Shown: positions 18,213 to 28,227 of the stretch, piece after piece | Numbering within the stretch: position 1 is the stretch's first letter | Layout of the letters: the number at the start of each line of letters is the position of its first letter | From: Candidatus Krumholzibacteriia bacterium | GTDB taxonomy: Bacteria; Krumholzibacteriota; Krumholzibacteriia; JAJRXK01 | DNA length: 64,000 nucleotides | Assembly: GCA_041484665.1 (NCBI GenBank) | Contig: JBGPIA010000004.1 | Coordinates: 64,001-128,000, forward strand | Direction of reading: 5' to 3' | Made by a program: the position numbers and the translations under genes | Notes under the pieces: model-generated | Seen by the model: only the letters and a program-made list of their open reading frames with translations | Told to the model about the DNA's origin: nothing | Databases searched by the model: none

Positions 18213-19084
18213 CAGGTGACGACGTACTCTTTGCGCGCGAACACCAGGCTGCCCACGGCCATCAGGCCGGCCAGGATCCCAAACAGGATCACCAGCGAGA
18301 CCAGCGGCTGCAGCCCCTGCTCCGGCGACAGCAGCCGGCGGACGGTGTCCATGAGGGAGTCGGCGGAGGCTGCGCGGCCCATCAGGAGGTTGCGCAGGTG
18401 GTAGTCGAGGGTCCAGTACCTGAACCGCCCCGGCAGCTGCGAGCCGATCAGCTCCCAGCCCAGCGCGTAGAGTACGCCCCACACCAGCGGCCGCACGAAG
18501 GCCGTGCCGATCACGGCGAACACCGCGCAGTAGCAGACGACCGCCAGCATCACCACCAGCACGTGGTTCACATAGAGCTTGAGGAAGTCGAGGCTGAGCA
18601 CGCCGAAGTTGCCCACGACCATGATCGCGAAGCACCCCATGAGCGAGGCCGCCAGCAGCCCTCCGGCCAACAGCTGCACGGCCATCAGCCGCCCCAGATA
18701 GATCGGCGGCTTGGCGATGGGACGCGTGAGCAGGTAGGTGATCGTCCGCCCTTCCACCTCATCGTTGATGGTGGGAACACCGAAGGCCAGCCCCACCAGC
18801 AGCACCAAGAGTTTCAGGTACAGCTCGCGCACCATGTTCGTAAAGAAACCCGGTCCGGTGAGGATCTCGGGTAACCGCAGCGAGTCGGCCGCCTGTTTGC
18901 CCCACACGCGCCACGCCAGGGTGAGCAGCACCGGGATCGCCACCACCAGCCCCAGGAACACCAACCGCCGCCGGCGCAGCAGCTCCGAGGCGGATGCCGC
19001 CATCACCAGCGCGATCACGCGGCGGGCCAGGACAGTCGCGGGCGCGGCACCGGTCGATGGCGTCAAGGGGCTGCGCTCCGTCAC
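18212..19084 (-). CDS. ABC-2 type transporter permease
   Basis: DEVEGRTITYLLTRPI motif, 6 TM. Confidence 0.88.
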   Translation of the reverse strand: MTERSPLTPSTGAAPATVLARRVIALVMAASASELLRRRRLVFLGLVVAIPVLLTLAWRVWGKQAADSLRLPEILTGPGFFTNMVRELYLKLLVLLVGLAFGVPTINDEVEGRTITYLLTRPIAKPPIYLGRLMAVQLLAGGLLAASLMGCFAIMVVGNFGVLSLDFLKLYVNHVLVVMLAVVCYCAVFAVIGTAFVRPLVWGVLYALGWELIGSQLPGRFRYWTLDYHLRNLLMGRAASADSLMDTVRRLLSPEQGLQPLVSLVILFGILAGLMAVGSLVFARKEYVVT

Positions 19085-20031
19085 GATCCCTCCTCCACCA
19101 GATACTCGAACAGGCTCTTGAGGTTGTCATCGAGGGTGACGTAGCCGCGGATCCGGCACGTCCCCTCCAGGGCCAGGCGCGGCAGCCGCTGGTAGAGCCG
19201 CCGCGGCAGGACCGACTCGACCACGATGGCGTCGCCGGCGTCGACACGCACGCCCAGCACGTCGTCGCTGCCGATCAAGCGCGCGGCCAGCTCGCGCGGA
19301 TGCTCGCACTCGATCCGGATCTGGTGCGGGTGGCGCTCGATCAGATCGCGGATCTCGCTGATGTTGCCCTCGGCGAGGATCTGGCCGTTGTGGATGAGCA
19401 GGATGGTGGAGGTCATGGCCTCCACCTCGTGCAGGATGTGGCTGCTCACCAGCACCGTCTTGCCCTCGGCGCCCAGCTGCCTCACCAGCGTCATGGACTC
19501 GTGCCGGCTGACGGGATCCATGCCGTTGAAGGGCTCGTCGAGGAAGAGCACGGTGGGATCGTGGGCCAACGCCTGTGCCAGCTTCACTTTCTGGCGCATC
19601 CCCTTGCTGTAGCCGGCGACCTTGCGGTCGGCCGCCTCGGTGAGGTTGCATCGCAGCAGGCTCGAGTCCGCCCGGCGGCCGGACTCCGAGCGGTCGAAGC
19701 CATGGAGCTGCAGCAGGTAGACCAGCATCTCGCGGCCGGTCATGGACTCGTAGAGCGCATCCTGCTCCGGGCAGAAGCCGATCCAGCGATAGAGGCCACG
19801 GTGGTGTTGGAGATCCTGGCCCAGCAGCAGGACGCGCCCCTTGCTGGGCGCCAGCTGGCCTGCCAGGACCTTGAAGAGGGTGCTCTTGCCGGCTCCATTG
19901 AGGCCCAGCAGTCCGGTGACGCCAGGCTGGACCCGCACACTGACGTTGTTGACGCCGACGACTTGCCCGTACCAGCGCGAGACGCCCAGCGCCTCCAGCA
20001 CCGCGGGCGCTGGCGCAGCCGCGCCGGTCAC
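19081..20031 (-). CDS. ABC transporter ATP-binding protein
   Basis: GLNGAGKST, YSKGMRQK, LFLDEP, SSH. Confidence 0.95.
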   Translation of the reverse strand: MTGAAAPAPAVLEALGVSRWYGQVVGVNNVSVRVQPGVTGLLGLNGAGKSTLFKVLAGQLAPSKGRVLLLGQDLQHHRGLYRWIGFCPEQDALYESMTGREMLVYLLQLHGFDRSESGRRADSSLLRCNLTEAADRKVAGYSKGMRQKVKLAQALAHDPTVLFLDEPFNGMDPVSRHESMTLVRQLGAEGKTVLVSSHILHEVEAMTSTILLIHNGQILAEGNISEIRDLIERHPHQIRIECEHPRELAARLIGSDDVLGVRVDAGDAIVVESVLPRRLYQRLPRLALEGTCRIRGYVTLDDNLKSLFEYLVEEGS

Positions 20032-20067
20032 GTCGTCACCGCGCCCGTCACAGCGCCACTCTGCCGG

Positions 20068-20940
20068 TCACAGCACGACCTCCACCGGCTGGATGCGCCG
20101 GCGGATGACCCAGACGCATAGCGCAGCTGTCCCCACCAGAGCCACCAGGCTGAGGGCGGGGTGGAAGCCGTGGGGAGGCGTGACCCCGAACCACCAGGCG
20201 CCCACCTGCGTCAGGTTGCCCGAGACGGTCAACAGTCCCAGGTACTCGTTGCGCGCCAGCATCTTCAGGAGCGAGATCAGGCCGTGCGCCGGCCCGTAGC
20301 CGTAGACCAGGATCCACGTGCCGGCGATGAAGACGCTGCGCCGACCCACGGCGCTGAGGGCGAGCATGAGCAGACCCGCCACCGCGACCCACAGCGCGCA
20401 GAACGCGGTGGCCAGCAGCGGCACGTACCACACCTTGGCGAAGTACCCCGCCTGCGTGTTCATGAACAGGGCGAACACCCACAGCAGCAGGCACGGCAAC
20501 CACGTGACCAACAGCAGGAAGGTGGCCACGATCCCCAGCTTGCCCAGCACGTAATCGGTGCGCGTGATCGGCTTGGAGAAGTAGATCTGCAGCGCGTTGT
20601 AACGGCGGTCGCGCGCAATCAGATCGGTGCCGACGAGCACGACGAAGACCAGCACCCACAAGCCCTGCTCCCACATGGCGAGGTAGCCCTGCGGACTGAT
20701 GAACTTGAAGAAGTAGCTCGGCTCGGCCGCTCCACCCGGGAGGATGTACCAGGTGCGTGAGTCGAAGTAGATGCGCACTCCGCGTACCACGGCGGGGATC
20801 CAGGCCAGCACGAGCAGGAGCAGGTGGTTGCGACGGGAGAGGTGCCGCATCACGCCGTGGCGCACGATGGGCCACCATCGCACCGGATGCGGGCTGAGCG
20901 TACCCTTCCACCGCTGGTAACCCTGGTCGTAGATCGGCAT
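20068..20940 (-). CDS. ABC-2 type transporter permease
   Basis: MPIYDQGY, LIARDRRYNALQIYFSKPITRTDYVLGK, multiple TM. Confidence 0.88.
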   Translation of the reverse strand: MPIYDQGYQRWKGTLSPHPVRWWPIVRHGVMRHLSRRNHLLLLVLAWIPAVVRGVRIYFDSRTWYILPGGAAEPSYFFKFISPQGYLAMWEQGLWVLVFVVLVGTDLIARDRRYNALQIYFSKPITRTDYVLGKLGIVATFLLLVTWLPCLLLWVFALFMNTQAGYFAKVWYVPLLATAFCALWVAVAGLLMLALSAVGRRSVFIAGTWILVYGYGPAHGLISLLKMLARNEYLGLLTVSGNLTQVGAWWFGVTPPHGFHPALSLVALVGTAALCVWVIRRRIQPVEVVL

Positions 20941-21863
20941 CAGGAGACCGCCTGGAGGAACTCTTCCTCGATGGAGCGATGGGCCTTGACCAGGTGGCGG
21001 ATCTCCACCTCGCCCTTGACGCGCAGCACCGCCTCGAAGATCGGCTCGGGCCCGTCCCCACGCGAGAGCAGCACGCGCACACCGCCGTCGATCGGCACGG
21101 CATCGTGCCCGTCGGCGCGCAGCACCTGGGCCAGCTCGTCCAGCGCCCCGCGCCCACGCACGTCATACGCGATGCGCTCGCTGACGGCAGCGCGATCGAT
21201 GGGCCGGTGGTCCACCACGCGGCCGTCCTTGAGCACCAGCACCTCGCTGCAGGTCTCCTTGACGTCCGGAAGCAGGTGGCTGCTCAGGATCACCGAGACG
21301 CCTTTGGCCCGGCTGATGTCGCGGATGAGCTCCAGCATCGCCTCGCGGCCGGGCGGGTCCATGCCGTTGGTCGGCTCATCCAGGAGCAGCAGGTCGGGGT
21401 CGTGGACCATGGCCTGCGCCAGCTTGAGGCGCTGCTTCATCCCCTGGGAGTAGGTTCCCAGGTCGCGGTAGCGCGCCTCGCCCAGGCCCACGTAGTACAA
21501 CACCTGGTGGGCGCGCTCGCGGGCGTCCACGTGGCGCATCCCCACCAGCTCCCCGGCGTAGGTCGTCAGCTCGACCGCGGTCATCCCGGGAACCAGGCAC
21601 TCGCTCTCGGGCACCAGGCCGATGCGGCGCCTGACCTCCAGGGCGGAGGTCGCCACGTCCAACCCCAGCACCGTGGCCCGCCCCTGGCGTAAGGGCAACA
21701 GCCCCAACAAGGTACGCAGGAGAGTGCTCTTGCCCGACCCGTTGGGGCCCAGCAGGCCGATCGCCCCGGGCATCAGGCGGATCGACACGTCGTGGAGGAC
21801 CAGCTTGGGGCCGTAGGACTGGAACAGCCCTTCGGTCAGCAGGATGGGAACGGCTTGCGTCAC
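20940..21863 (-). CDS. ABC transporter ATP-binding protein
   Basis: GPNGSGKST, YSQGMKQR, LLLDEPTNG, SSH; GTG start chosen at 21863. Confidence 0.95.
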   Translation of the reverse strand: MTQAVPILLTEGLFQSYGPKLVLHDVSIRLMPGAIGLLGPNGSGKSTLLRTLLGLLPLRQGRATVLGLDVATSALEVRRRIGLVPESECLVPGMTAVELTTYAGELVGMRHVDARERAHQVLYYVGLGEARYRDLGTYSQGMKQRLKLAQAMVHDPDLLLLDEPTNGMDPPGREAMLELIRDISRAKGVSVILSSHLLPDVKETCSEVLVLKDGRVVDHRPIDRAAVSERIAYDVRGRGALDELAQVLRADGHDAVPIDGGVRVLLSRGDGPEPIFEAVLRVKGEVEIRHLVKAHRSIEEEFLQAVS

Positions 21864-21957
21864 GGCGGGTCTACGGGTGCCCCGTGGAATGGGTTGCGAG
21901 GGCCGGCCGCCTGCCCCGGGCAGCGTTGGCACGGACGGGGTGGCCCCAACGAGCCGG

Positions 21958-21987
21958 TTGCTCTGACCGGCGGCGGCATGGTACAAT
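21958..21987 (+). promoter_or_regulatory. Putative sigma70 promoter with extended -10
   Basis: TTGCTC-N18-TACAAT with TG extension; same architecture upstream of the paralog. Confidence 0.55.
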
Positions 21988-22091
21988 GTGAGCCTCGCGG
22001 ATGTCCACGCACCGACGGTCCTGATCCGAATCTGAGTCCGCGGGACCCAGACCGGCCAACCCTCACCCTCGATTCCTCAACGGAGGTCAAC

Positions 22092-22859
22092 ATGCTTCGT
22101 TGCGTACGCTTGGCGCCGGCGCTGGCGATTGCCCTGGGCTTGTCGCTGATCGCTGTTCCCGCCTTCGCAGCTTTCCCCGTCACCTTTGGTAGCTCGTGGG
22201 ACTCCGCGAGCCTGCAGAGCATCCTGGACGCCGAGTACGGAGTGGGCACGATCAACGCCGCCACTGACTACGTTGGCTACAACGCGGCCGACCCCGACCC
22301 GTATTACTGGCAGGACGTCGGGCTGGATGGCCTGATCCTTCGCGAGGTTGCCGGGTACCGCAACACCAACATCATGGGGTGGTACGAGGAGACCTTCGTG
22401 CAGCCCGTGATCGACGGTGTGGATGACGGGGTTGTGTTCACGGGCCCGATGGTGCAGGGGCAAAGCGTGAGCATCGCGTTTCCGTCGGGAACCACCCGCT
22501 TCGGCTTCTACCTGAATCCAAATGGCGCCGGAGATTCGACCAACGCGCCTGAGCCGGAGAAGTTCTTCACCAACCGGTTCTACAACGACATCGGCCCTGC
22601 CGGCTGCTGCCCGGTCCATCCGCCGTTCGACGGCGATCCGCAGGTGCTGGTCTACGACATCTCGCACCTGTTCGGCGGCAGGCCTACGTTCGTGCTGGCC
22701 TGGGAAGACATCGACTACGGCAGCCCGATCACCCCGGCCTTCACCCCCACGGGGACCGACGACGACTTCCAGGACTTGGTCGTGGAGATCCAGGCCTTCT
22801 CCCCCGTTCCCGACGTACAGACGTCGTGGGGTAAGGTGAAGTCCCTCTACGGGCACTAG
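22092..22859 (+). CDS. Secreted protein, DUF4114-like, with C-terminal SWGKVKSLY tail (paralog 1)
   Basis: GGAGG RBS, signal peptide ending AFA, LAWEDID...DDDFQDLVVEI, tail PVPDVQTSWGKVKSLYGH. Confidence 0.85.
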   Translation: MLRCVRLAPALAIALGLSLIAVPAFAAFPVTFGSSWDSASLQSILDAEYGVGTINAATDYVGYNAADPDPYYWQDVGLDGLILREVAGYRNTNIMGWYEETFVQPVIDGVDDGVVFTGPMVQGQSVSIAFPSGTTRFGFYLNPNGAGDSTNAPEPEKFFTNRFYNDIGPAGCCPVHPPFDGDPQVLVYDISHLFGGRPTFVLAWEDIDYGSPITPAFTPTGTDDDFQDLVVEIQAFSPVPDVQTSWGKVKSLYGH

Positions 22860-22920
22860 TCCTTGACGCGGTCCAGGGCCTTGCGCACTGGTCCCGCTGC
22901 TAGCGGCGACACTCGCTTGC

Positions 22921-22953
22921 GGAAGGCCTCTCCTGTGCTGGAGGGGCCTTTCC
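22921..22953 (+). terminator. Terminator-like hairpin after paralog 1
   Basis: GGAAGGCCTCTCC-TGTGCT-GGAGGGGCCTTTCC imperfect stem. Confidence 0.5.
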
Positions 22954-23167
22954 ATAGGTGGCGCAACGCGCCGGCGGAATCCCCCCGCGGGGGCGGCATC
23001 GGAGTTGCCACCGTGCGTGGCCACAGCTCGGCACTGCTGCGGGTCCGCGCCGTTGCGGGCCTGGTGCCTGGCGGACTCCCGCGCCATGCTCAGGGAAAGT
23101 GCCGAAGAAAAGGCGAAACTGGGCCGCGATGGCGTGTGGCAAGCCACCGATCGCCGGCCGTGCCGGA

Positions 23168-23197
23168 TTGCGATCCGGCCGGCAAGCGTGCTATCCT
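23168..23197 (+). promoter_or_regulatory. Putative sigma70 promoter with extended -10
   Basis: TTGCGA-N18-TATCCT with TG extension. Confidence 0.5.
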
Positions 23198-23294
23198 AGA
23201 GGTCAAGGCGACTGCCCACGCACCATCGGCGCGGTGGGATCGACAACGCAACGTTTGAATCGAGCAGCTCACCACGGCAGCTTCGAAGGGCAGC

Positions 23295-24065
23295 ATGCAT
23301 CGCACGGCTTGCGTATCCGCGTTCGTCACAGCGACGCTCGTGGCGCTCAGTGCCGTTCCGGCCTCGGCGGCTTTCGGTGTCATCTTCGGCACGTCCTGGG
23401 ATGGAGTCTCGCTGCAGGAGGTCCTCGACGCCGAGTACGGCGTCAGCGCCATCAACGCGACGACGGATTACGAGGGCTATAGCCCCGCCGACGCGGATCC
23501 GCCGTTCTGGCTGGATCAGGGTCTGGACGGCGTCATCGTCCGCGAGATCGCGGGCTACCGTGACAACAACACCCTGGGCTGGTACGGGGAGACCTTCAGC
23601 AAGCCCACGATCGACGGGATCAACGACGGCGTGGTCTTCACCGGCCCGATGGTGCAGGGCGCCACCGCCACGGTGACCTTTCCCTCAGGCGTTACGCGCT
23701 TCGGTTTCTATCTCAATCCCAACGGCTCCGGGGATTCGACGAATGCCCCCGAACCGGAGATGTTCTTCACCAACCGGGCTTACAATGACATCGGGCCCAA
23801 CGGCACCAGCACCGTGCACGGCCCCACCGACGGCGACCCGCAGTGCCTGATCTACAACATCACGCGCCTGCGCGGCGGGGTTCCGACCTTCGTGCTCGCG
23901 TGGGAGGACCTCGACTCGGGCACGCAGATCACCCAGGCGTTCGACCCCAATGGGACCGACAACGATTTTCAGGACCTGGTGGTGGAGATCGCTGCGGCCT
24001 CGCCGGTGCCCAGCCAACAGACGAGCTGGGGCCGCGTAAAGTCGCTCTACGAGGCGGGCCGCTAG
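23295..24065 (+). CDS. Secreted protein, DUF4114-like, with C-terminal SWGRVKSLY tail (paralog 2)
   Basis: Colinear with paralog 1 (roughly two-thirds identical by eye); signal peptide; DNDFQDLVVEI; tail PVPSQQTSWGRVKSLYEAGR. Confidence 0.85.
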   Translation: MHRTACVSAFVTATLVALSAVPASAAFGVIFGTSWDGVSLQEVLDAEYGVSAINATTDYEGYSPADADPPFWLDQGLDGVIVREIAGYRDNNTLGWYGETFSKPTIDGINDGVVFTGPMVQGATATVTFPSGVTRFGFYLNPNGSGDSTNAPEPEMFFTNRAYNDIGPNGTSTVHGPTDGDPQCLIYNITRLRGGVPTFVLAWEDLDSGTQITQAFDPNGTDNDFQDLVVEIAAASPVPSQQTSWGRVKSLYEAGR

Positions 24066-24147
24066 CCAAGCTGCCGGCCGCGCCGACGCCATCGTCGCGT
24101 CGGGCGCAGTCCCGCCAGGCTGGTCGCGCGCTCTGGCCACGCTTCGA

Positions 24148-24185
24148 ACGAAGAAGGCCCCTGCAATGGCAGGGGCCTTCTTCGT
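24148..24185. terminator. Bidirectional intrinsic terminator
   Basis: Perfect 17-bp stem ACGAAGAAGGCCCCTGC-AATG-GCAGGGGCCTTCTTCGT between convergent genes. Confidence 0.8.
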
Positions 24186-24329
24186 AGCACGTCCGTCACG
24201 GCCTCACGTCGGTCACGCGTCGCGGGTCGCCGCAGTCCGGCACGACCCCGCCGCAGCTTGGGGCTGGCACGGCCCGCCGCCCGCCCGCAGTCCGGCCCGG
24301 TACCGGTGGCGCGCGACGCACTCGCGCGG

Positions 24330-26045
24330 CTAGTCCTTCTTCACCGTCGGCGCCCCCTTCACGGCCGGAGCCATGGGAGCTGCGGCGGTGGCGTCCGCGG
24401 CCTTGGCCAGCTGCTTCTGCCGCTCCGCCTCGGCGAGCTTCAGCAGCCCTTCGCGCGTCTTGGCCCGGGAGATCAGGTCGACGGCCTCCCAGATCTGGTT
24501 GTCCTTGTCGATGGAGACGCGGTAGGCCTGCGTGGGCCCGAAGACGCGCCGCATGATCTCGCGACGGATCCCTTCCTTCACATAGTCACCGTTCTGGTCG
24601 TACAGCTCGCGGCTGAGCTTGAGGTCGACCTCCTTGAGGAACTCGCCCAGCTTGGGCCGGCCGGAGGCCAGCGCGTAGAAGTCATCGACCAACTTCGAGC
24701 TGACTTGCAGATCGGTCGTAACGTTGGGGTTCTTCGCAGCAAACTCCGTGGCGTACACGAAGAAGGTCTGGTCGCGCTCCAGCGCCACGTCGAAGTCGTT
24801 GAGCAGGTTCGGCTTCACGTCCACGTCAGGGGTGATGCCGCCGCCGCCGTAGACTTCCCGGCCCATGTCCGTGTGGAACACCTCGGGCGAAGGCTGCTCG
24901 GGGTTGGGCGTCTTGGGCTTCGCGCTCGACTCATCAGGGTTCTCGACCGTCTCCTCTTCCTTGCGCGTGCGGTCCTTGTGGATGGAGCGGCCGCTGGGCG
25001 TGTAGTACTTGGCCGTGGTGAGCTTGAGGGCCTTGTTGGGCGCCAGCTCGAAAACGGTCTGCACCGAGCCCTTGCCGTACGACGTGGTGCCCAGGATCAC
25101 ACCGACGTCGTGATCCTGGATCGCGCCTGCGAGGATCTCGCTGGCACTGGCGCTGCTGCCGTTGACCAGCACCAGCAACGGCAGGGTCGGCCAGCGGGCC
25201 TTGTCCTCGCCGGAAGCGTAGTAGCTCATGTTTTGCTGCGAGAGGCGGCCCTTCGTGTAGACGATGAGCTGGCCCTTGTCGAGGAACAGCTCGCTGACCT
25301 CCTTGGCCGCCTGGAGCAGGCCGCCGGGATTCCAGCGTAGGTCGAGGATCAGGCTCTGCATGCCCTGCCCCTGCAGCGCGGTGATCTTCTCCTTGAGCTC
25401 GTCGGCGGTGGTGCGCGCAAAGTTGGCGATGCGCACGTAGCCGACGCCGTCCTTGAGCATGAAGGCGTAGGGAACGCTCTCCACGTGGATGATGTCGCGC
25501 ACGATGGTGAACGGCAGCACCCGCTCTTCGCCCACCCTGCGGATCCCGATGGTGACCTCGCTGCCCTTGGGCCCGCGCAGCTTCGCCACGGCGTCCTGGC
25601 TCTTCCACCCCTTGGTGCTCTCGCCCTCGATCTCCACGATCTGGTCGCCGCCCTGGATGCCCATGCGGAACGCTGGCGTGCCCTCGATGGGCGAGACCAC
25701 GGTTGGGTAGTCGTCGCGCACCGCGATCGTGATCCCCAGGCCCCCGAACTCGCCGGTGGTGCTGATCATGAGGTCGTCGTAGACCTCGTCGGTGAGCAGC
25801 TGGCTGTGCGGGTCCAGCTTGCTGAGCATGCCGTCGATCGCGGAGTCGATCAGCTCGTTGGGATCGATCTCGTCGACGTAATGGTTGGTGATCTTTTCGT
25901 AGACCTTCCCGAACAGCTCGAGACTCTCCATCCACTCGCTGTTGCGGGCACGCTTCTCGGCGGCCTGTCCACCCAGGACGAAGCCCACGCTGAGCAGCAG
26001 CGCAATTGAGATGATCAACAAGGACTTGCGTGGCGAAAAGCTCAT
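24330..26045 (-). CDS. ctpA: Carboxyl-terminal processing protease (S41A, PDZ)
   Basis: LDPHS, GEFGGLGI, DLRWNPGGLL, SASASEI (catalytic Ser), SYGKGSVQ (Lys), YYTPSGRSI, GGITPD. Confidence 0.93.
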   Translation of the reverse strand: MSFSPRKSLLIISIALLLSVGFVLGGQAAEKRARNSEWMESLELFGKVYEKITNHYVDEIDPNELIDSAIDGMLSKLDPHSQLLTDEVYDDLMISTTGEFGGLGITIAVRDDYPTVVSPIEGTPAFRMGIQGGDQIVEIEGESTKGWKSQDAVAKLRGPKGSEVTIGIRRVGEERVLPFTIVRDIIHVESVPYAFMLKDGVGYVRIANFARTTADELKEKITALQGQGMQSLILDLRWNPGGLLQAAKEVSELFLDKGQLIVYTKGRLSQQNMSYYASGEDKARWPTLPLLVLVNGSSASASEILAGAIQDHDVGVILGTTSYGKGSVQTVFELAPNKALKLTTAKYYTPSGRSIHKDRTRKEEETVENPDESSAKPKTPNPEQPSPEVFHTDMGREVYGGGGITPDVDVKPNLLNDFDVALERDQTFFVYATEFAAKNPNVTTDLQVSSKLVDDFYALASGRPKLGEFLKEVDLKLSRELYDQNGDYVKEGIRREIMRRVFGPTQAYRVSIDKDNQIWEAVDLISRAKTREGLLKLAEAERQKQLAKAADATAAAPMAPAVKGAPTVKKD

Positions 26046-26171
26046 GGAGCGATCCTCGCTCGATTGGGGGCCATGCCGGGGCTCGCGCAGGGAAACGGCG
26101 ACGTCGCCTGCAGCTTCGTCCAAAGCTGCTTGTGGGGGGCCACAAACAGCATAGGGGCATCTACGGCACGC

Positions 26172-26188
26172 AGCAATCTATGTTCCAC
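26172..26188 (-). promoter_or_regulatory. Putative sigma54 (-24/-12) promoter for ctpA
   Basis: GTGGAACATAGATTGCT: GG-N10-GC with TTGCT. Confidence 0.6.
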
Positions 26189-26831
26189 TGGCTGCGGGCA
26201 GTATGATGGGCAGCCCGGGCAAACGATCCCGCAACGCGGCCCATGCGCCCTCGGCCAGGACGTGCGGCGGGGCGCCGCCATCCAGGCGGACGATCCGGCC
26301 GGGCTCGGCGGTGGCAAGCTGCAGGTAGGCCACGCGCACCGCCCGATGGAACTCCATGCGCTCGCGCTCCATGCGGTCCAGGGGGCGCTGCATGCGGTGC
26401 CGGGCCTGCTCGGGATCGAGGTCCACCAGCAGCGTCAGATCCGGCGCCAGGCTGCCGGTGGCCAGCCGGTTGAGCTCGGCCACGCGCTTCTCGCCCAGCC
26501 CCCGCCCGGCTCCCTGGTAGGCCACCGAGGCGTCGGCGTAGCGGTCGCACAGCACGATTTCGCCAGCGGCCAGCGCGGGGCGGACGATCTGCTCCACGAG
26601 CTGGGCGCGGGCGGCGAGCATCAAGAACAGCTCGCTCCAGGGCGCAACCGGCCCGTGCTCGGGTGAGAGTACTAGCTGACGCACGGCCTCCCCCAGCGCG
26701 CTGCCGCCCGGCTCGCGAGTCTGGATCACACGGCGGCCGGCCTGGGCAAGGCCTGCGGCGAGCGTCGAGAGCAACGTCGACTTGCCCGAACCCTCCACCC
26801 CCTCGAACGTGACGAACAGTCCGCCTGGCAC
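26178..26831 (-). CDS. tmk: Thymidylate kinase
   Basis: FVTFEGVEGSGKST, TREPGG, LCDRYADASVAYQG; GGGAGG RBS before GTG. Confidence 0.95.
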   Translation of the reverse strand: MPGGLFVTFEGVEGSGKSTLLSTLAAGLAQAGRRVIQTREPGGSALGEAVRQLVLSPEHGPVAPWSELFLMLAARAQLVEQIVRPALAAGEIVLCDRYADASVAYQGAGRGLGEKRVAELNRLATGSLAPDLTLLVDLDPEQARHRMQRPLDRMERERMEFHRAVRVAYLQLATAEPGRIVRLDGGAPPHVLAEGAWAALRDRLPGLPIILPAASGT

Positions 26832-26944
26832 TGCTGGCGACCTCCCGTACAACCCGGCTCGCTGAGGCTGTGGCGGCAACTGCCGAAGCCGGCCGTCGGA
26901 GCGCGGTTGTGGCCGCGGTTGCCGGCGCGCGACGCCTCGCGCGC

Positions 26945-27553
26945 TCACGCCCGGTCCTGGTCCGAGCGCGCCAGCTTGCCCCACACGTGGGCGATCCGCT
27001 GCACGACCGTCAGCCAGGTCAGCGCCGCCAGCGCGAACAGCGCGAAGCCCAGCGCAGCACGGCCCAGGGCCAGCCCCAGCACCAGCAACACGACGCGCTC
27101 GGGGCGCTCCAACCAGCCGACCTTGCACTCCTCCCCCAGCCCTTCCGCCCGTGCGCGCACGTAGCTGACGGCCAGAGAGCCCGCCAGCGCGAGCAGCGTC
27201 ACCTCCGGCAGCCACCAGGGTCCCCACTGCGACGCGTTGATGTCGCGCAGGATCGCCACGAAGATGGCCGTCTCGCTGATGCGGTCGAAGGTCGAGTCGA
27301 GGAACGCTCCCAGTCGGCTGGCGCGGCCCTGACGGCGCGCCAGCCCTCCGTCGAGGGTATCCAGCAGGCTCGCCGCCAGCAGCCCCAGGGCGCCCCAGCG
27401 CGGGTGGCCCGCGGCGACCACGCCGGCCGCGGCCAGGTTGGCCACCAACCCCGTGAACGTCAACGCCATCGGCGACACCCGCGCCGTGTCCAGCCCGGCC
27501 ACCAACGGTGCGGTCCAAGCGCGCACCACGCGGTCGAGACCCTCGCGCCTCAC
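26945..27553 (-). CDS. CDP-alcohol phosphatidyltransferase (PgsA/PIP-synthase-like)
   Basis: DTLDGGLARRQGRASRLGAFLDSTFDR signature; SYVRARAEGLG; GTGA overlap with rsmI. Confidence 0.9.
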   Translation of the reverse strand: MRREGLDRVVRAWTAPLVAGLDTARVSPMALTFTGLVANLAAAGVVAAGHPRWGALGLLAASLLDTLDGGLARRQGRASRLGAFLDSTFDRISETAIFVAILRDINASQWGPWWLPEVTLLALAGSLAVSYVRARAEGLGEECKVGWLERPERVVLLVLGLALGRAALGFALFALAALTWLTVVQRIAHVWGKLARSDQDRA

Positions 27554-28227
27554 TCCTGCGCCCCCTCCACGACCAACACCATCTCGCCGCGCGGGGGGTT
27601 CTGCTCGAAATGCCCGGCCAGCTCCGCCGCGAGGCCTCGCCGCACCTCCTCGAACACCTTGGTCAGCTCGCGGCAAACGGCCATGCGGCGTTGCGGCAGC
27701 GCCTGCGCGATGGTGCGCAGCGTCTTGACCAGCCGGTGGGTCGACTCCAGCGCGACGATCGTACGCGGCTCCCGCTCCCAGGCTTGTACTTGGCGCTGCA
27801 GCGGCCCGCTGCGCCGCGCCATCCAGCCGTCGAAGACGAAGCGATCGGTGGGCAGGCCGCTGAGCACCACCGCCATGACGATGCTGCTGGGGCCGGGAAT
27901 CATCGTCACGGCGAAGCCGCCCTCCAGCGCGCTGCGGACCACCCGGTAACCCGGATCGGCCAGACCCGGAGTGCCCGCATCGCTCACCAGCACCACCGAC
28001 GCGCCGCCGGCGAGCAGGCCGCGGATCTCTTCGGCCCGCTGGGCCTCGTTGTGATCGTGGCAGCTGCGCAGGCGTGCGTGGGCGCCGAGCTCGGCCAGAA
28101 GTCTGCCCGTGTGACGCGTGTCCTCCGCGTACACCAGCTCGGCCCCCAGAAGCGTGCGCCGCGCGCGGGCAGAGAGATCCTCCCGGTTGCCGATCGGCGT
28201 CGCCACCAGTGTGAGCGTTCCCTTCAC
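27550..28227 (-). CDS. rsmI: 16S rRNA (cytidine1402-2'-O)-methyltransferase
   Basis: LVATPIGNREDLS, AEDTR, VSDAGTPGLADPG, IPGPS, RELTKVFEE; short, appears to lack the C-terminal HTH. Confidence 0.93.
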   Translation of the reverse strand: MKGTLTLVATPIGNREDLSARARRTLLGAELVYAEDTRHTGRLLAELGAHARLRSCHDHNEAQRAEEIRGLLAGGASVVLVSDAGTPGLADPGYRVVRSALEGGFAVTMIPGPSSIVMAVVLSGLPTDRFVFDGWMARRSGPLQRQVQAWEREPRTIVALESTHRLVKTLRTIAQALPQRRMAVCRELTKVFEEVRRGLAAELAGHFEQNPPRGEMVLVVEGAQE

